A stretch of 64,000 bases of DNA from the NCBI GenBank assembly GCA_002633005.1, contig NMRA01000112.1:750659-814658 (forward strand), read 5' to 3'. Shown piece after piece: positions 1-13,719 of the stretch. Origin of the DNA: Phoronis australis. Taxonomy: Eukaryota > Animalia > Phoronida. Both the position numbers and the translations under genes were made by a program. A model generated the notes under the pieces. That model did not search any database. It was not told the origin of the DNA and worked only from the letters and a program-made list of their open reading frames with translations. Positions within the stretch are counted from its first letter, which is position 1. Every line of letters begins with the position of its first letter.

Positions 1-2019
1 GAGCTATAAGAAGAAACGCATTACACGTAAATGGAAGGTTTTTTAGTAACCTCAATCATTTAAATTGGGAATAAATTTCTTGACCTTGACATAGGGGTTG
101 CTTGCTGAAACTCGAAATTTTATTTTCGACAGACGTAAAAGTTAAAGTACAACAAGAATCCGTCATGTTGACTATTTTAGGTCGTTGAATTCAGAGTTTT
201 GAAATTGTTTTAAAATTCCGTTGCCAATTCACCTCTCACGGGGATAATTTAATGGGATCAAGGAAAGATAAGGCGTCGGAGGTTTATGCAATACCAGTCT
301 GAGGGAGATGTATGCAGATTTTATTTGGATTTGGAACAGCTGAACTTGGGAGCTTCGGCTCGGCAAAGTTTTAGTGTCCAACCTTGTCTCTTATAAATGG
401 TTATGAGTCATCCTGAAATTTGAGCGCATATGGTCTTGGATAACATAGCACAGTGCATAATATCTAAAATTTCATATGAATTCAATCAGATGTTTCTGAG
501 ACATAACGCTCCGAAGTTAAGCAAATTTGGAAATTTTTACCAGGGTCCTACGCAAAATTAAGTTGAAGCAAACAAACAAGACTCACGTCCATTGCCTGGT
601 TCAGGAATCGGTCTCTCTTCCTACAAGAAACAAATTGGTTTCTTAGAGGAACATTTCTTTGCGGTCAAAGATTTCCTTGTTTTTTTTTTGTCAAAAATGC
701 TTATTTCTCAGTAATCAATGACTTACAGTGTTTAAGTTAAAGGTACCTTTCACTATTTTAAGCTGCTAAAGAAACACAAAACAAATTAGGCATTTTACTC
801 TCATATATTAGTACATTCTCAAGATTTTTCTTCCCATGATAGGACTTTTCATTTTGTTCATAACGAATTAAAGAAAGGCAAAAGTCCAGTGATGAGTGCA
901 AACCCCAGTGAGAACTGTGCAATGCCTATTAAGAAAGGTGATCTTAGTTGACCTAATTACTAAGTAGTGACGTTTTGTCCACGTGGCAATGTCAAGTGTG
1001 CATTTTAGGAATATGGTGCATAGATGAACGGCGGAAATTTCCCTGAAAGATTCTCTGTCGCTGTGTCGCTTATGCCATGTTTGGAACTTTACCCACCGAC
1101 TCATTTGACCCCAGTTCGAGGCAGCCGGCTAAGATAACGTACTATTTTCAAACGCTGAAACTCATCAGTTAAGAGCTCAAAACATGGTAAAAACTGCTTA
1201 AACCCACCAATTTCATTTCAAAACACCAAAATAACTCCACCAGTCTCCCAACTGTCAAATTGGAACACCCGCGAACAATGATGATGTGTTAATTAGCTTA
1301 TCTAGAGTTACAAGTTGGATTGATTGGCTTACTGGTTCCCTGCAGCGTGCCGCTAGGTGTTGGCCAGCACGCAGGTATCACTTAATTTTCCTCTGAAAGT
1401 TTTTTTTTCACACCGGCGTTTCTGATTGGCTGGTCGAATTCTCAACAGGCAGCGCTTTTGCAAACAAACTGGCATGACTGATGGACTGAAGTGTAAATGT
1501 GGGTTGTTGTACAGACAAATCGGTGCTTAAAATTCATGTTCAGGAAATGTGAATGCTAGAAATTGTGGTTGTGCCTTTCGGAGGGAGTGCACCTTTCTAC
1601 CGTCGATGACCTTTATTTACGATACTGTCCTGTATCCATACAGTATGAATAACACACCGGTTAAATCGGCCAGATATGTTTTTATTGTACATGTATGTGC
1701 TTCAGGCACGAGGCTATGATATATTACTGCAGAAACGAAATAGTTGCTGCTACGCCACTTGCATGACAAGGCTAAAAATCGTTCATAGCCCGCCATTTTT
1801 CACGTCGTTGTAAAGCTAACCAATGACTGCCGAGGTTACATCAACCAATGCTAAAACGCGTGCTACTGCGTGATACCTGCGTGCTGGCTAGGCACGTATG
1901 GAACCAGCGAGGATTGATTGGTCGATACGTACATGTATTGTCGAGGCAACCAACCTTAGTCATCCTCCAGTGTGTTTTGTGTGAAAAGTCGTCAAATATT
2001 GCTGCTCGTTTCCCTTTTT

Positions 2020-2220
2020 ATGGTAAAACAAAGAATTGTGTGTTACTGTATTTGTGGTGGTTGTGACAACTTAATACTGGACCAAGCCGTTGCTCTTTTC
2101 ACATTCTCGCGGGACATCAAAAAAGCGGGGACATGGCACAAGTTTGTACAAGAAACTAATGTGTTGTTGGACATGACACATTGTTGCTGAATGAGTTCTT
2201 GCGTCACTCTCATGTCCGTG
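2020..2220 (+). pseudogene. Degenerate THAP zinc-finger fragment (transposon fossil)
   Basis: ORF 1972..2190 reads YCICGGCDN...VALFTFSRD...W.KFVQ.T, matching the THAP N-terminal pattern C-x4-C...F.FP.D...W. It is followed by a stop and the CxxH half is decayed. Confidence 0.55.
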
Positions 2221-4315
2221 GAACTAAGAAACTTTCAATTGAATTCACATTTCTTTAATATCTCGTTTTTTATGAATATTAAATCCACCTGTGTTATACG
2301 CAGTGCTATAAAGGAATGTTTCATGATGTGGACGAAGTAGTCACTTGTCTAAACAAGGAAAATTGTGATTTTAAGCACTTAAAAGTTACATTTAAAGAGA
2401 GCAATATACAGCATTAACTATTAACTCTTTATGTTGATATGCACTACTTTTAAGGACGAAGCTAGGGCGAACCCGTTTGCTTACTAGCGTTGTTGAGCAT
2501 TCCGTCACTTGGAGCATAGCCAATTTTTCTTCATTGACTCAGACCATCTGTCCAAAGATGGTGGGTACCTCATCTGCAGCTAAGGTTTCCATTAAAAGGG
2601 CGCTGTCTCATAAAATGGCGAGATAAAAACAACTAAAGACACTATGCGTGACGTTCTTGATGGCCGGTCCTTCCCTGTAGTTGTGTAACTCGCCAAAAGC
2701 GTAGGTCACGCTTTCTTGTTTAGCAGATTTGTAAGGAGTTTCCAAATTTGCTCCAAACCTTTGAGGGTTGACGAGAGTTGAAGAGCATTACTTTGTTTGA
2801 GGGAGCTGGGTGGGAAAGCTATATTAATATCTTCTAATAATGTTAAAACCGGGTTTAGTATATTTAATCCCAAAAGCTAAGCTTTGCTAATGGGAGGATT
2901 TGTGAAGTATGATCATAGTGGAGTGCGTGGACTGTCGTGTCAAGCAATGTCGGTGACGCACATCTGTTTTATAGCTGTTTCAACTGAACCGCTTCTCTCT
3001 TCAACATGCCACAAATTACCATTTTAACTTGGTTACCGATGTCGGTTACAATAATTTTATTTTAACTATTGAAACACTCACCATTCGAAGATCATCTTTT
3101 CCGTAAAGAACGGCAGACAAGTTTACGTCCGACATGTTTCAAAATATTAAGAACGAACAAGATAATTAAGAAGCCTACGTGGAGTAACCAACGGATGTTA
3201 TCTTTGACCCAAGTAAACAACGATAACTGCTTATCGTAGCGACACTATCGGAATGCCTTGTGAAAAGATTGTTTACGACATCACGGCCAATGGTGTTTGA
3301 AGCACTATAAAGATATTAAATGACATAAAACAGTCTCTTTCTCTCGTCGTTGACCGTAATCCTGCCAGCTACCAGCTTTGAGCCTTGAATTAGCTCCCGG
3401 GGACCTAATTTTTCTATCTGGGAGCTACTTTGCATAATTAGAATCACCTTTCTCATTTTTAAACAGGTGTTTCGTAGTCAGATAATCATGAACTTTTCTG
3501 CCACTTGGTGGATCAGATGTTCAAACTTCCTCAATCAAGGAGTGATGTTTCGTGTTGTCCAGATGACATTAAAATGTCTGCTTCCTTGTGGGTGTAATGT
3601 TTGTTTTGTTTACGTTTGTTAAAACTAACTAAACTATGATACGGTAAAATAATAATTGATTCTGGTCTGTCCCACCGACTCCAAAATGTGCTCGCCCGAA
3701 TCAGTTTCAGTCATGTTCTAGGGTTTTTTGTTTCAAAGCAGCACAAATACACTTAAGCAAAGATGAGACTCAGCAAGGTTTGCCAAACGATGAGTGGGAA
3801 GCCCGCATATGTTTTTCTCGTGTTAAGTGAGTTTTCCTTTTTTAGCCAAAATAAAAAATACCGCATCACAGACTAGATCTTCAAAAAAAAAAAAACGAAG
3901 ACCAGAAGACGTACGAACAGAAGCGTTATTGGAAGAAATGGTGGACTTCCTCTCTGCGGATCTATCTAGATGGGAACGAACAGGAAATGCGTCAAGCATA
4001 TAAGTAGAAAAATAATTGTTATTCTCCTCTCTTTATCAGGTAATCACGTCCTGTTGTCGAAGATTTTCTGACAGAACAAGACTGATATGACAGCCAAAGA
4101 CCGCTGCACTACATGTACTTAAGATGGAAGGGGCTTAAGAGTAAACAGGTGTTGCACCGGATGACTCCAAAAACTGAAACACCTGGGCCGTGGCTCTAAA
4201 CGTTTTTCCTCAGAATCGAACTCGAAATAAATTTTGTCGTGTTGTGTTCTACTTTTATGAGAACTCAAGCTAAGTGGCTAGCAGTTTGTAGTAGTACATT
4301 ATGCTTTATGCATGT

Positions 4316-4530
4316 GAGTGTCTAGGATAAGGTCTCACTAGATGACCTCTATATTCGTGCTACAAACTCGCGGAGTAAAATTCGAGGTTTTTCAGTAAAA
4401 ACTTGAAGTTTCCAGTTCAGACTCTAACTTTGATGCTGGGATCATCAGTTACAAGCTAGGATTAAAATGTTATCCACGTAAGCCATTATGTACTCAAGTT
4501 ATGAGTTCGTTCAAAAGTAGATAGAAAGTG
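4316..4530 (+). repeat. Old dispersed repeat, copy 1 (related to ~48950-49170)
   Basis: Colinear shared blocks GAGTGTCTAG, GCTACAA, AGTAAAAA, TTTCCAGT, GACTC, CCACGTAA, AGTTCG and AAAAGTA occur at both loci in the same orientation. Confidence 0.5.
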
Positions 4531-6441
4531 CCAAAAATAATTTGAGTAATACATCATACTGTAAGTCCCTGACAAGCTCCTTCATTCTGCTATCAGAATG
4601 CATTTTTTGTGAACAAGAAAAGTATGTTGTGGATTACTTCTCGAGAAAAATACAAATAAGCCTTTTTTACAGATCCAAGTCCAAGCGATTTGGTAACAAA
4701 CTCTTACGTAAACTCAAATTTCTCACACATGTGTCATTTAACTTGTGAGAACTTTTTAGATTTTAAAAACACACTTGTAAATGAACTAAAATCCATCAAA
4801 ATAGAATTGCCCCCTTTATGTACTCGCAGAAAAGATTTTTGAAGCCTTACGTAATGGGGCTATTTAGAAAATCTACAATAACTAGAGGGCGCGCGTGTAC
4901 TAGTGGTGATAGATTAACAGCCTCGATTTCGTGAGCCCTTTAAATACGTGGTGAAATGGCTTGCAGCCGTGCCAACTGAATCTGAGATTGCGTGAAAAGG
5001 GTGATTCTATGAGAGGAAGTAAGCACGACCTTATACAAATGTAAGGTTTGTGATTATTTTAACGATTATTCCATGATTATTCTACCGATGCCTGTTAACT
5101 GAGGTACTCGCCGATATCGACTTCGCGGCAGTCGCCAGTCGGGTTAATCTTTGTTTGTTGTGATGTGTGATACAATACTTGACGTAGCAATCGGGATCTT
5201 TTCGTACATCAACCCATTATTATTGTTTGGAATGATTTCTAACAGTTTATCAGTGACAGTTACATCAATCAATGCTGAATGTTTATGCTGTCAACTCGAT
5301 ACAATGAGTTAAGGAGTTGAGATTACAATCCAAGCCCAATGGCAAAGGGTACACGACAAACATCCACTGCATTAGACTATTTGTTTACTCCCTATCGTAG
5401 GTCTTCTGGAAATCTATTACACGTTGAAATGGAAATCTATCACTTCTGTTTTCACGTATCATTTGTTTTTTAAGTTTGAGGACTTGTACCGGGCAGAGAA
5501 GATATGCATCGCTTCTGCACCGTCCATGGATGGACAAAAATTGGTTTTTAGCATTTGACTGCAGCTAACCAAGATCTTCCCATCCAGTGCAGATCTGTTG
5601 TCAAAGCCTTTGAAAAGGAACAGCTATTTTTAAAGAAAGGTATGTAAGTCATTTTGTTAATTTACTTATTCAGGTCCTTAGCTTAGGATTGGCATGGAGG
5701 GTTGGGGTTGTAATATTTGGTACAACTGAATGTGTGGAAATAACAGGTAATACATGTTTGGGGGAAAGAGGACGGAGAGGTAATTCTTAACCTTCATGAA
5801 GTCCCTTCAAGCTGATTTCATGAAACTGTTTTGCTACTTGTATTAATTGTAAATCCATGAAAATATATTACATTTTCTGAATTCACAGTGACTGATTAGT
5901 CTTAACTCATGCCTTGAAATGTTGCAAGTCGCTATAACTTCAAATGACTGCCATTTTTGTGAAAATTGCATTTTTGATGGTGCATTACGATATGTAATTA
6001 CTGTTAAACAACAGAAAGATTATCCATCATTTTTAAATGACCCAAGTCTTCATATCTTCTATTAGAAGAAAAATTAAAAGTCTGAGAAACGGTTCCCTCA
6101 ACCTTAGACTAGAAGTATGCTTGACAGACCCATGAATCTGTAATCGGAGTTTAAAATTGTTGAAAGTATCAAAATTAAAAAGGCTTGAAAATGGATAACA
6201 ATGGGTTGAAGTTGTCTCAAAAACTTGTATATTTTGCAGACAAGTGATGCGTTTAAAGAATTGTTATGGCTAGAAATAAAAAATAAAGACACAGTTTTAT
6301 GCAATACTTATTATATACACCCTTGGTTTCTGAAAATAGTAATTATTTAATTTTATGTAGAGCAGTCACCATATATTTTTGAAAAACAGGGATAACATTT
6401 TTGACCCAATCTGGAGTACTTAATTATTCATATTTCAACAT

Positions 6442-6960
6442 TTGTTCCCGGTTCAGTGGCATTTTAAGGCCACTTCAAGCTGCATCATAGACAAGCTTTG
6501 TTACTCCGTTCTCTTCCCACAGCACTTCCACACACCAGCAGTGCTGCATGGCAAAATGTACAAGTCAGTGGCCCTGGAGAAATGTGAATCGCAGTACGAA
6601 GTTACCTTAAGACAGTGTGCCATTGGTTTGTTTGTGTATGAAGAAGAACCATATCCGACTGCTACACAAGTCAGCCTCATTGGTAAGGATTCCCTTTTAT
6701 AGGCAATAAGTCATGTGTGGACAATAGCGTATTTCCTTTCCTGGAAGAAACATGAGGTACTGAAGCTAAAGAAGACCTAGTGACACTCTGGTCTAGTTCA
6801 GGGTCTGAGTTTGGGCTCAAAACGATTCAAGTGATATGCTGCTGTGTTTACCTTCAAGGGTCTAATTGTGGATGTTATTGAGGCTGCATGAGGTTACATG
6901 AAAGAAAGCCATGTGTCGAAACTGGACCTTTTTTACAAGCACTTATATAGGCCATTGAAA
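6442..6960 (+). pseudogene. Degenerate YqaJ/lambda-exonuclease-like gene fragment (transposon accessory gene)
   Basis: TPAVLHGKMYKSVALEKCESQYEVTLRQC..GLFVYEEEPY resembles the YqaJ motif region (A..HG...E..A...Y......V..CGL.V....P). Downstream broken frames give LKLKKT, VQG, VFTFKGLIVDVIE and SKLDLFYKHLYRP, typical of the C-terminal half. Several stops and frameshifts. Confidence 0.6.
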
Positions 6961-9189
6961 CTAGATACCAGTGAAATGAAAGCCAAAAGCTGAGTGACAT
7001 TAAATTTTCCTTTCAGAAGAAAGGCTTTATACTATTGGTAAAAACTTTTCAATTTGGTACACATTATGGGGGAAATGACATTCAGTGACTGCATCGATTG
7101 TCTTATTGTATGTTTCCGATTGTAGCTAACTGGATAAGAATCTGCTATGCACAAGATTCTAGAATAAACAATTATCAGTGTATTTAAAAACAAATGGCAA
7201 ACTGAAAAAGCACAGAAAGAAACAACATTGCGACGGAGTCCATAATCAGGCATATCAAGTGCTGAATTTTTGAATTACGTTCAATTCTCTCAGGTTGTTG
7301 CTGAAAGATTGCTTTTCACTTTGTTCAAAGGTAAAATAGATGGTTGGGCGGTTGGTTTCAGTTGTTTTCTCTCACCTGTAACAGAATAGTCGGAGAAATA
7401 TTAGCAAATTGTAAAAGAAAAGACAAGACAAAACTACTTCTGTAAGGCAGAACATACTTGACATTTCATCTTCATGTTTATGTGTAGAAACTAATAACCT
7501 TTGTACCCAAGTCTTATTTAATATCTGAATTAAAATATGAGAAACAGTCTAAAAGTGATTTAACAATGTGTATTATTCATGACACTTAAAATTTGATCTC
7601 AACAAGTAAAACTCATTCTAGGTGTCAATTTTTTTCCAATGCAATGCTACGACATTTACTGAATTAAGGCTTATTCATGTTAATTCGATAACTGATCTGG
7701 TAGTCCTGGGGGTGGGGTCTGCGATAAAATAAGGAAACTCACTCATCTAGAGAATTTTATTGGAAACAGAATAGTTTTGAAGAGAAACTGCAGTGAAAAA
7801 GTCACGTACCGTACACATCTTATTTTGGGAGCACTCCCACCCAGGACAATATGAATATGTGCTGCTACCGGCATCCGAGTCCCGGGTGAGTTTCCTAAAA
7901 GAAACACTTAGTTCCACTCAATAAACCTGTTATTCAGTGGGGTAACTGGTGGGGATAACATCACCGAACAATGTTGATAGAAACTGATTGCTAAAAACTT
8001 ATCAAGTAATGTTGTGTAGTCTCCGAATGGAACTGCATAGTCATAGAGCACACACGGGGCTTCAGCATCCACACACTTTTTGTAAGTTAATTAGTTGACT
8101 CTGTTGACCGCAGTTGTCCACGCATGTAGTAACCTTAGGTCTTTTGGGAATTTGTGGCCACCTGTCGAAGACTTGCACCAGGGAAATTAGCAGTAATGAG
8201 GCTTAGCGCGACGACGTATTTTGATAACAATTCCTTGTTTTACCAGTTGTTTACATGCAGACAGCCACGCATGCGCAATTCAATCACCACTAGTACAGCA
8301 GCCACACCGCGAGGAGAATTCTCCGAATAGCCCCATTGGAGCCACTGCCTAAAGGCGAGGACTCGTGTTTATTTGTGTCATGGGAAAACAAATACCTGAA
8401 ACGATTCCTGAGAGAGCAGTACTCAATCGAGCGCATGGCTCTAACATTTCCTACGTGAGAAAGCCTTCGATAGTGCCAGCTCACTCTGCGATATATTTGT
8501 TCAATTAAGGCGAGCACTATTCTGTTCCTCTTCCAACTGCTTTAGGCAGGGCCTTTCTAGCCTGCTTTGGGCCTATATCAGAACATTTGGGTCTGGATGT
8601 GAAAAAAGAGCTGAAAGTAGAGTGGAGTTTATACGGGGGCTTGGCTTATAGCCGAGCGGGCGTGGCTTGTTTCGACTTCGCCTGGCGTTATAGCTCCACG
8701 TTCTCAATTTCCTCATTTTTGCATCTTAGCCCATGACGGCTTTACTCAACGCAATTTTATTGAACAAATACATCTGAAATCAGTATCTTCAAAGTATAAG
8801 CTTGTCGACCAATTGGGGGGATTTTTCTTATCGTTTTGCTGTTTTGCTGGGCTACACTGTTATTCTCATTTGTTTTTATCATTTTCAACGCTATTTGCAG
8901 AGAGTTATAATTTTACAATTATCACCTTCTATTAGTGTTTTTGTTCGAACATTACGCACGTAATTGTTGACATAAATTGTGCACCAAGTTAGCCTAAATG
9001 ACGTAGGTAAAACATTAACGTATCCCAGGAAGTCAAGTACATGATAATTAACACACGCAACTTACGTAAATTTCATCCCTTTGGCCAGCAATTTTGGTCA
9101 ACACTCATTAAGGTTGTAAAAAAGGTGCGCAAGCCTTTTTATTAGTTAAAGCCGAGCTGAGGAGCCAGAAACCTGTCTTAATGATCCAG

Positions 9190-9255
9190 CAGTGTGCCCC
9201 AGTGGGACTCGAATGTACGACCTAAAGTCCTAGAAGCACACGTTTTTAACCCTTA
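9190..9255 (-). repeat. Possible tRNA-derived SINE head remnant
   Basis: Minus strand reads GGTTAAAAACGTGTGCTTCTAGGACTTTAGGTCGTACATTCGAGTCCCACTGGGGCAC with a B-box-like TTCGAGTCC. It does not fold into a complete cloverleaf. Confidence 0.3.
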
Positions 9256-12200
9256 TTAAATGGTATAAAAGCCATTCTAAGGAATCATGCAGTACTTAGC
9301 CCATAAGCAATACACAATCCGTAGTCCAAGAAAGTTTAAATAAACGCGTCACTTAGAGAATTATGACATATAGATTCCGACCCGAAGATCACACCGCCAT
9401 TTTGAACTAACCGCGAAACCGCGGAAGTACAATTCATTCAGGAACCCAGGCTAAGTATACGCCGTCTGTTACCATCCTGCAAACGGGGATAAAATAATCG
9501 ACACTGGACCTCAAATTTACTAAGACCAAAATAGGGACAATTTGTACTGAAACAAAATGTGGCAAAATAAATTTTGACAGAAATTATTTTGCAGGGCTCG
9601 GACCTGCAGCCGATGACCCGGTGCACACCCATCGAGATCGCTCGCACTGACAAAATACGAAGGCATGTCGTCCCCGGATGTTTTATCGGAATAAATGGTT
9701 TAAGTCATGAATGCCGTAAACATATACAGATAGTTTCCGACACTGGTACAAAATTACGGACTAGTAACAGTCCTGCGGCAACGATTGAATAACAACGGGC
9801 CGACTATCGGCGGGCTAGGCTAAGCGTGTTTTACTGGGTTTAACTAACTCGGGTAAACAAACAACATATAAACAGAACAACGAACATGCAACATCAAATT
9901 TTTGAATAAAATTGCTATATAGAATATCTTGACAGTTAAACTTGCGTAAATATGGGAAACAAATTTTGACGCGACTTCGCTACGCCGGGCCGGGCGGCTG
10001 ACTGCCAAGAGAATACCATTTGGTGGCGAAATAACTTCAGGTACACAACTTGCCAAATGGTATAATATAAGTATTAATGAGTTTAAAGTGAAAGGAATAA
10101 TTCCCACTTAGCCAGAAACATTCGTATACGCTGCTAGCCGGCGGAGCCGGACCGCCATGCCTCAGTGCCGTTCGCGTCGGACATCTGTGCTCAAAGAGAT
10201 TAAAAAATATTGCGTCATGCTCCTAACACTCCAATATTTTCCCATCGCCGACATTCAGTTCATTGACTAAAATCCACTACACCCCCCGCCCCGGTTAGCG
10301 GCACGGAATTCTTATATTTAGACAACAGAGGTATATATTGTAAGTTTGTTTTTGTGAGGTTTGAAAATATATTTGTCCCTGATAATTGAAAATCAAAGCC
10401 AATTTAGCAAAGTGATTATTTTCCAGGCGAAGAGTCACGGCTACTGCAGGCAGGGGAATTAGGCCTACTTCGCCGGTTTCTGTGTCCTGGCAGCAAAATC
10501 AAGCACAGGTGTGGAACTCACTGTTTTGAGATAAAACTTGTTTTTGTTTGTCGAAACATCGCCGTATATGGATGTTTTTTTTTCTATTTTACACTTTTAA
10601 ACGGCCAGTAAAGCCGGTACCGATTTGCTGCCAATTATGCAATGCGCTCACATGTCCGGGTAGTCACCGTGACACGGCAACTGCTCACTTCAGGCTGGTA
10701 CTTTGCATCAATTTCAAGATATGGCGATAAAGAGAAGACATTTGTTGATCAAGGAACTTTTTTCCTCTAATTTATTACCTAAACGGGTACTGTTGCTGAA
10801 ATTTGACATACCTTCGCGATGAGTCAGGCGTGCGACCTCAGTAGCCCAGCGTTGGCTACTGGAGACTTTGCGACGGTACTTCACAAACTAATGGTTATGC
10901 ATTAAATGCCATTCGTCATATGCAAAGAACAGGTAAATTTTGGACAATAAATAACCAAGTTTGTATAAAAAGAACCAAAATGGGAATAAAAAACAACCAA
11001 TCAAAGTAACAACGCATTTACGCTCACGGTGATGTCAATACGTTTTCAAGGACAACGTGACTGGCATTCAGGAATCGTTCTTGAACTGACACACATGAAC
11101 TCAGGTCACGGAAATAGACGGGAGTAGTTGATGATATTTCGATCTCGGCCGATGTACAGAATTGTGCTAAAAAGGCTTTTAGTTTGATAACAGAAAGGAA
11201 CATTATGCCATGTTACATATTACTTAATTTGGTATATATTTTTAAGTTTTATGAACTGGAATGCCCTTTGAGATAAGGACTTTAAGTAAAGGAATAGGGC
11301 ACTTATGCCACTATGCCCCACTGCCTCCTCTGCAAGATTGTATGTTGGACCCTAGAAAATTTCGAAAATTGATTTTCTTCAGAACATCGTACACGTACCT
11401 CAGAAATGGCTAACCTCATTCAAACGGTACTTTCAAAAACTATGCTTTATTCACACGTTCCAAAACGCATTTAGGAATAGTTTTTAACGTGGTACAGTTT
11501 GGCATTTATTACGTATCAATTGTGGAACTTCCGTTACTTTTATTCAAAAGCTGAAAAGTTGCTTAAAATGAAATTATAACTTCGAAAACAATAACAGCTT
11601 TTTTGAGAATTCTTCTTGAAAATCAAACTAATACAACAAACCTAATTTGGTCGTGCTATAAAAAGCGTTCTTTTTCTACGACTGTAGCTTCTTTCCTAAT
11701 TTTTATTAAAAAGAAATGGTCACGGGACCCACTCGAAGCCAGATTGGTATAAAGTCAAAAATAAAATTCTACTGACTTTTTGCGTTCTGAAAATTACCTT
11801 TTTATAGAATTCTGTTCTCTTGCAGACAAATGGTTGAATGAACAGACTTGTCAATGAGGTTCTTATAAGTCAGTTCCATCATCGGCGTGGCAAATAAACG
11901 GAAAATACACTGCCTTGGCGAATTACTGGATCAACTGTATCTTTTAAATTTTAATATTTGTAACATCTTGAACAAATTACATCAATATTATTTCTCTCAG
12001 CTTCACAAATTTGGGTTCTTATCAGTTTCAAAAGGTTACTTATTCTAGGAAATGAATTGAAAAGAAAACTATTCGGATTTGCCGATCATTACATGTATGA
12101 ATTTAATCGTTCATAGTTGATGCAAGCAAAGCGATTGTCAATAATCATTCTCTGACGTGAGCAGGTCAGAGAGAGAGCAAATACAAATGCCTGCATGACA

Positions 12201-13719
12201 CCAAGCGTGTTCGTTGGTACGGAGTCACCAGCTCACTCAGTTCTCAAATAACATAACAGTCAGGAAGAACAGGTGTATTTACTCACAACTTCCTGAAGCG
12301 AACAATGTCCTCATTTGAACAACTTTTACATTTGCCGGAGCTTTCAAAAGCTAGTGTATTCGATTGTTATACAGTATGCCTATGGCTATTCCTGTGCGTA
12401 CAGCTAAGAAGATAAATGAAGAGAAACAAGATTAAGTGCTTAATCCTTGCCCGTATGGTTGGCATGACTACATGTCGCTTCCTACAGCATTGCAATTCAA
12501 TAACGCTTGGACCTAGAAAAGCAAGACTTCTTAAGATTACGCGAGATATTGCCGTGAATGTCCAATGAGAACACGCGACTTGACTATTTTTTTCTCGCCG
12601 CGAGATAGCTATTGAACTCTACTGTTTTCTTTCATGGAACTCTGTCGTCATAGCCTTCACAAATATGGGAACGTTAGTGATAGCAACATTTGAAAACCTT
12701 ATACATTATCCAATAGCTGGGATACGAAAAACCCATTTTCTTGAGTGGCTTTACAAATAGAATTAGTTATTTTCACTATAATGATAGTTGCCGTTGGCAA
12801 AGCGATAAAATATTGTGAGGTTTTTGTATGAGTCTCTATGTGAGACACCAATAAACAAGTTGATGTGTTTTCTAACAAAAGGAAGAGCAACCATGGTCTA
12901 GCAGGCAAGATCAAACGAAAATTGTCAAGATACTCAATCCCAACTGTCGTCCAGGAAATACCTTACAATCACCGTAAACGCAACCAAGCAATCAATAGGA
13001 CAATAAAGCACCAAAATGAAATCACCATCTTTATCAAATCGTTTTACTTTTCACTGGAAGGACCCACAATTAATTAGAAAATGTGTCGATCGTGGTAATG
13101 TTACTGCACAACTTTCCGAAACGGTGAATTGTCTGCTGTACGCACAGATGTGCGTTTGTAACGTGACTTACAAGGCCAATATACGTTGCGCGTAAATAAC
13201 ACATTGCAACAGCTGTTACAATAGGAGTCTTGTTTGTATTGATGCAAACAAATTATAAATGACACTTTATATCTAACAGGTGAAACTGAATAGACAGCTT
13301 CTCCTTAAAAAGGAAATTATGTTGTCCCTGTTACAGTTGTAATTGTTTCCATTGATCGTAATGTTTCGTATAAATTGGTTGAAATACGTAACGTTTCAAA
13401 TTGCTTGTGATTGTAAACATTCACGCAGCTCGCCCAATTGCAAAGTTCCACGTCATCATTTACATTTGCACATGCGTTTTCCCAAGAAGCTTTTAGTTTT
13501 CAAAAAGCCAATTCACAACGGTACAAGCATACGTTCAACATAGTTGTCGCATTAATGTGAGACCGACTTGTGTCTAACATCACGAATTAAAAAAAGGCGC
13601 TTAAAAGCATTACATTAGTTAATGTTTGTCACTACGTCCACTGTTTGTTTGACTTGATAGCAGCCTTAGGAACATTTTTTTAGAAAATACTGACATTTTA
13701 AGGCATCTCTTATCTAACT

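Noticed and set aside
737-4945. Possible large TTAA-flanked element (TTAAAGGTACC at ~737, GAGCCCTTTAA at ~4933-4943) around the THAP fossil
   Set aside because: The two ends match only over TTAAAGG; no real TIR pair.
8290-8560. Faint resemblance (IEYCSLRNRFRYL) to the Crypton/DUF3504 N-terminal region
   Set aside because: Too short and degenerate; no tyrosine-recombinase catalytic residues or element ends found.
9380-10310. CpG-richer stretch with GCCATTTT (YY1-like) and CGGAAGT (ETS-like) motifs, suggesting a promoter
   Set aside because: No linked exon identified, and such motifs are common inside repeats.
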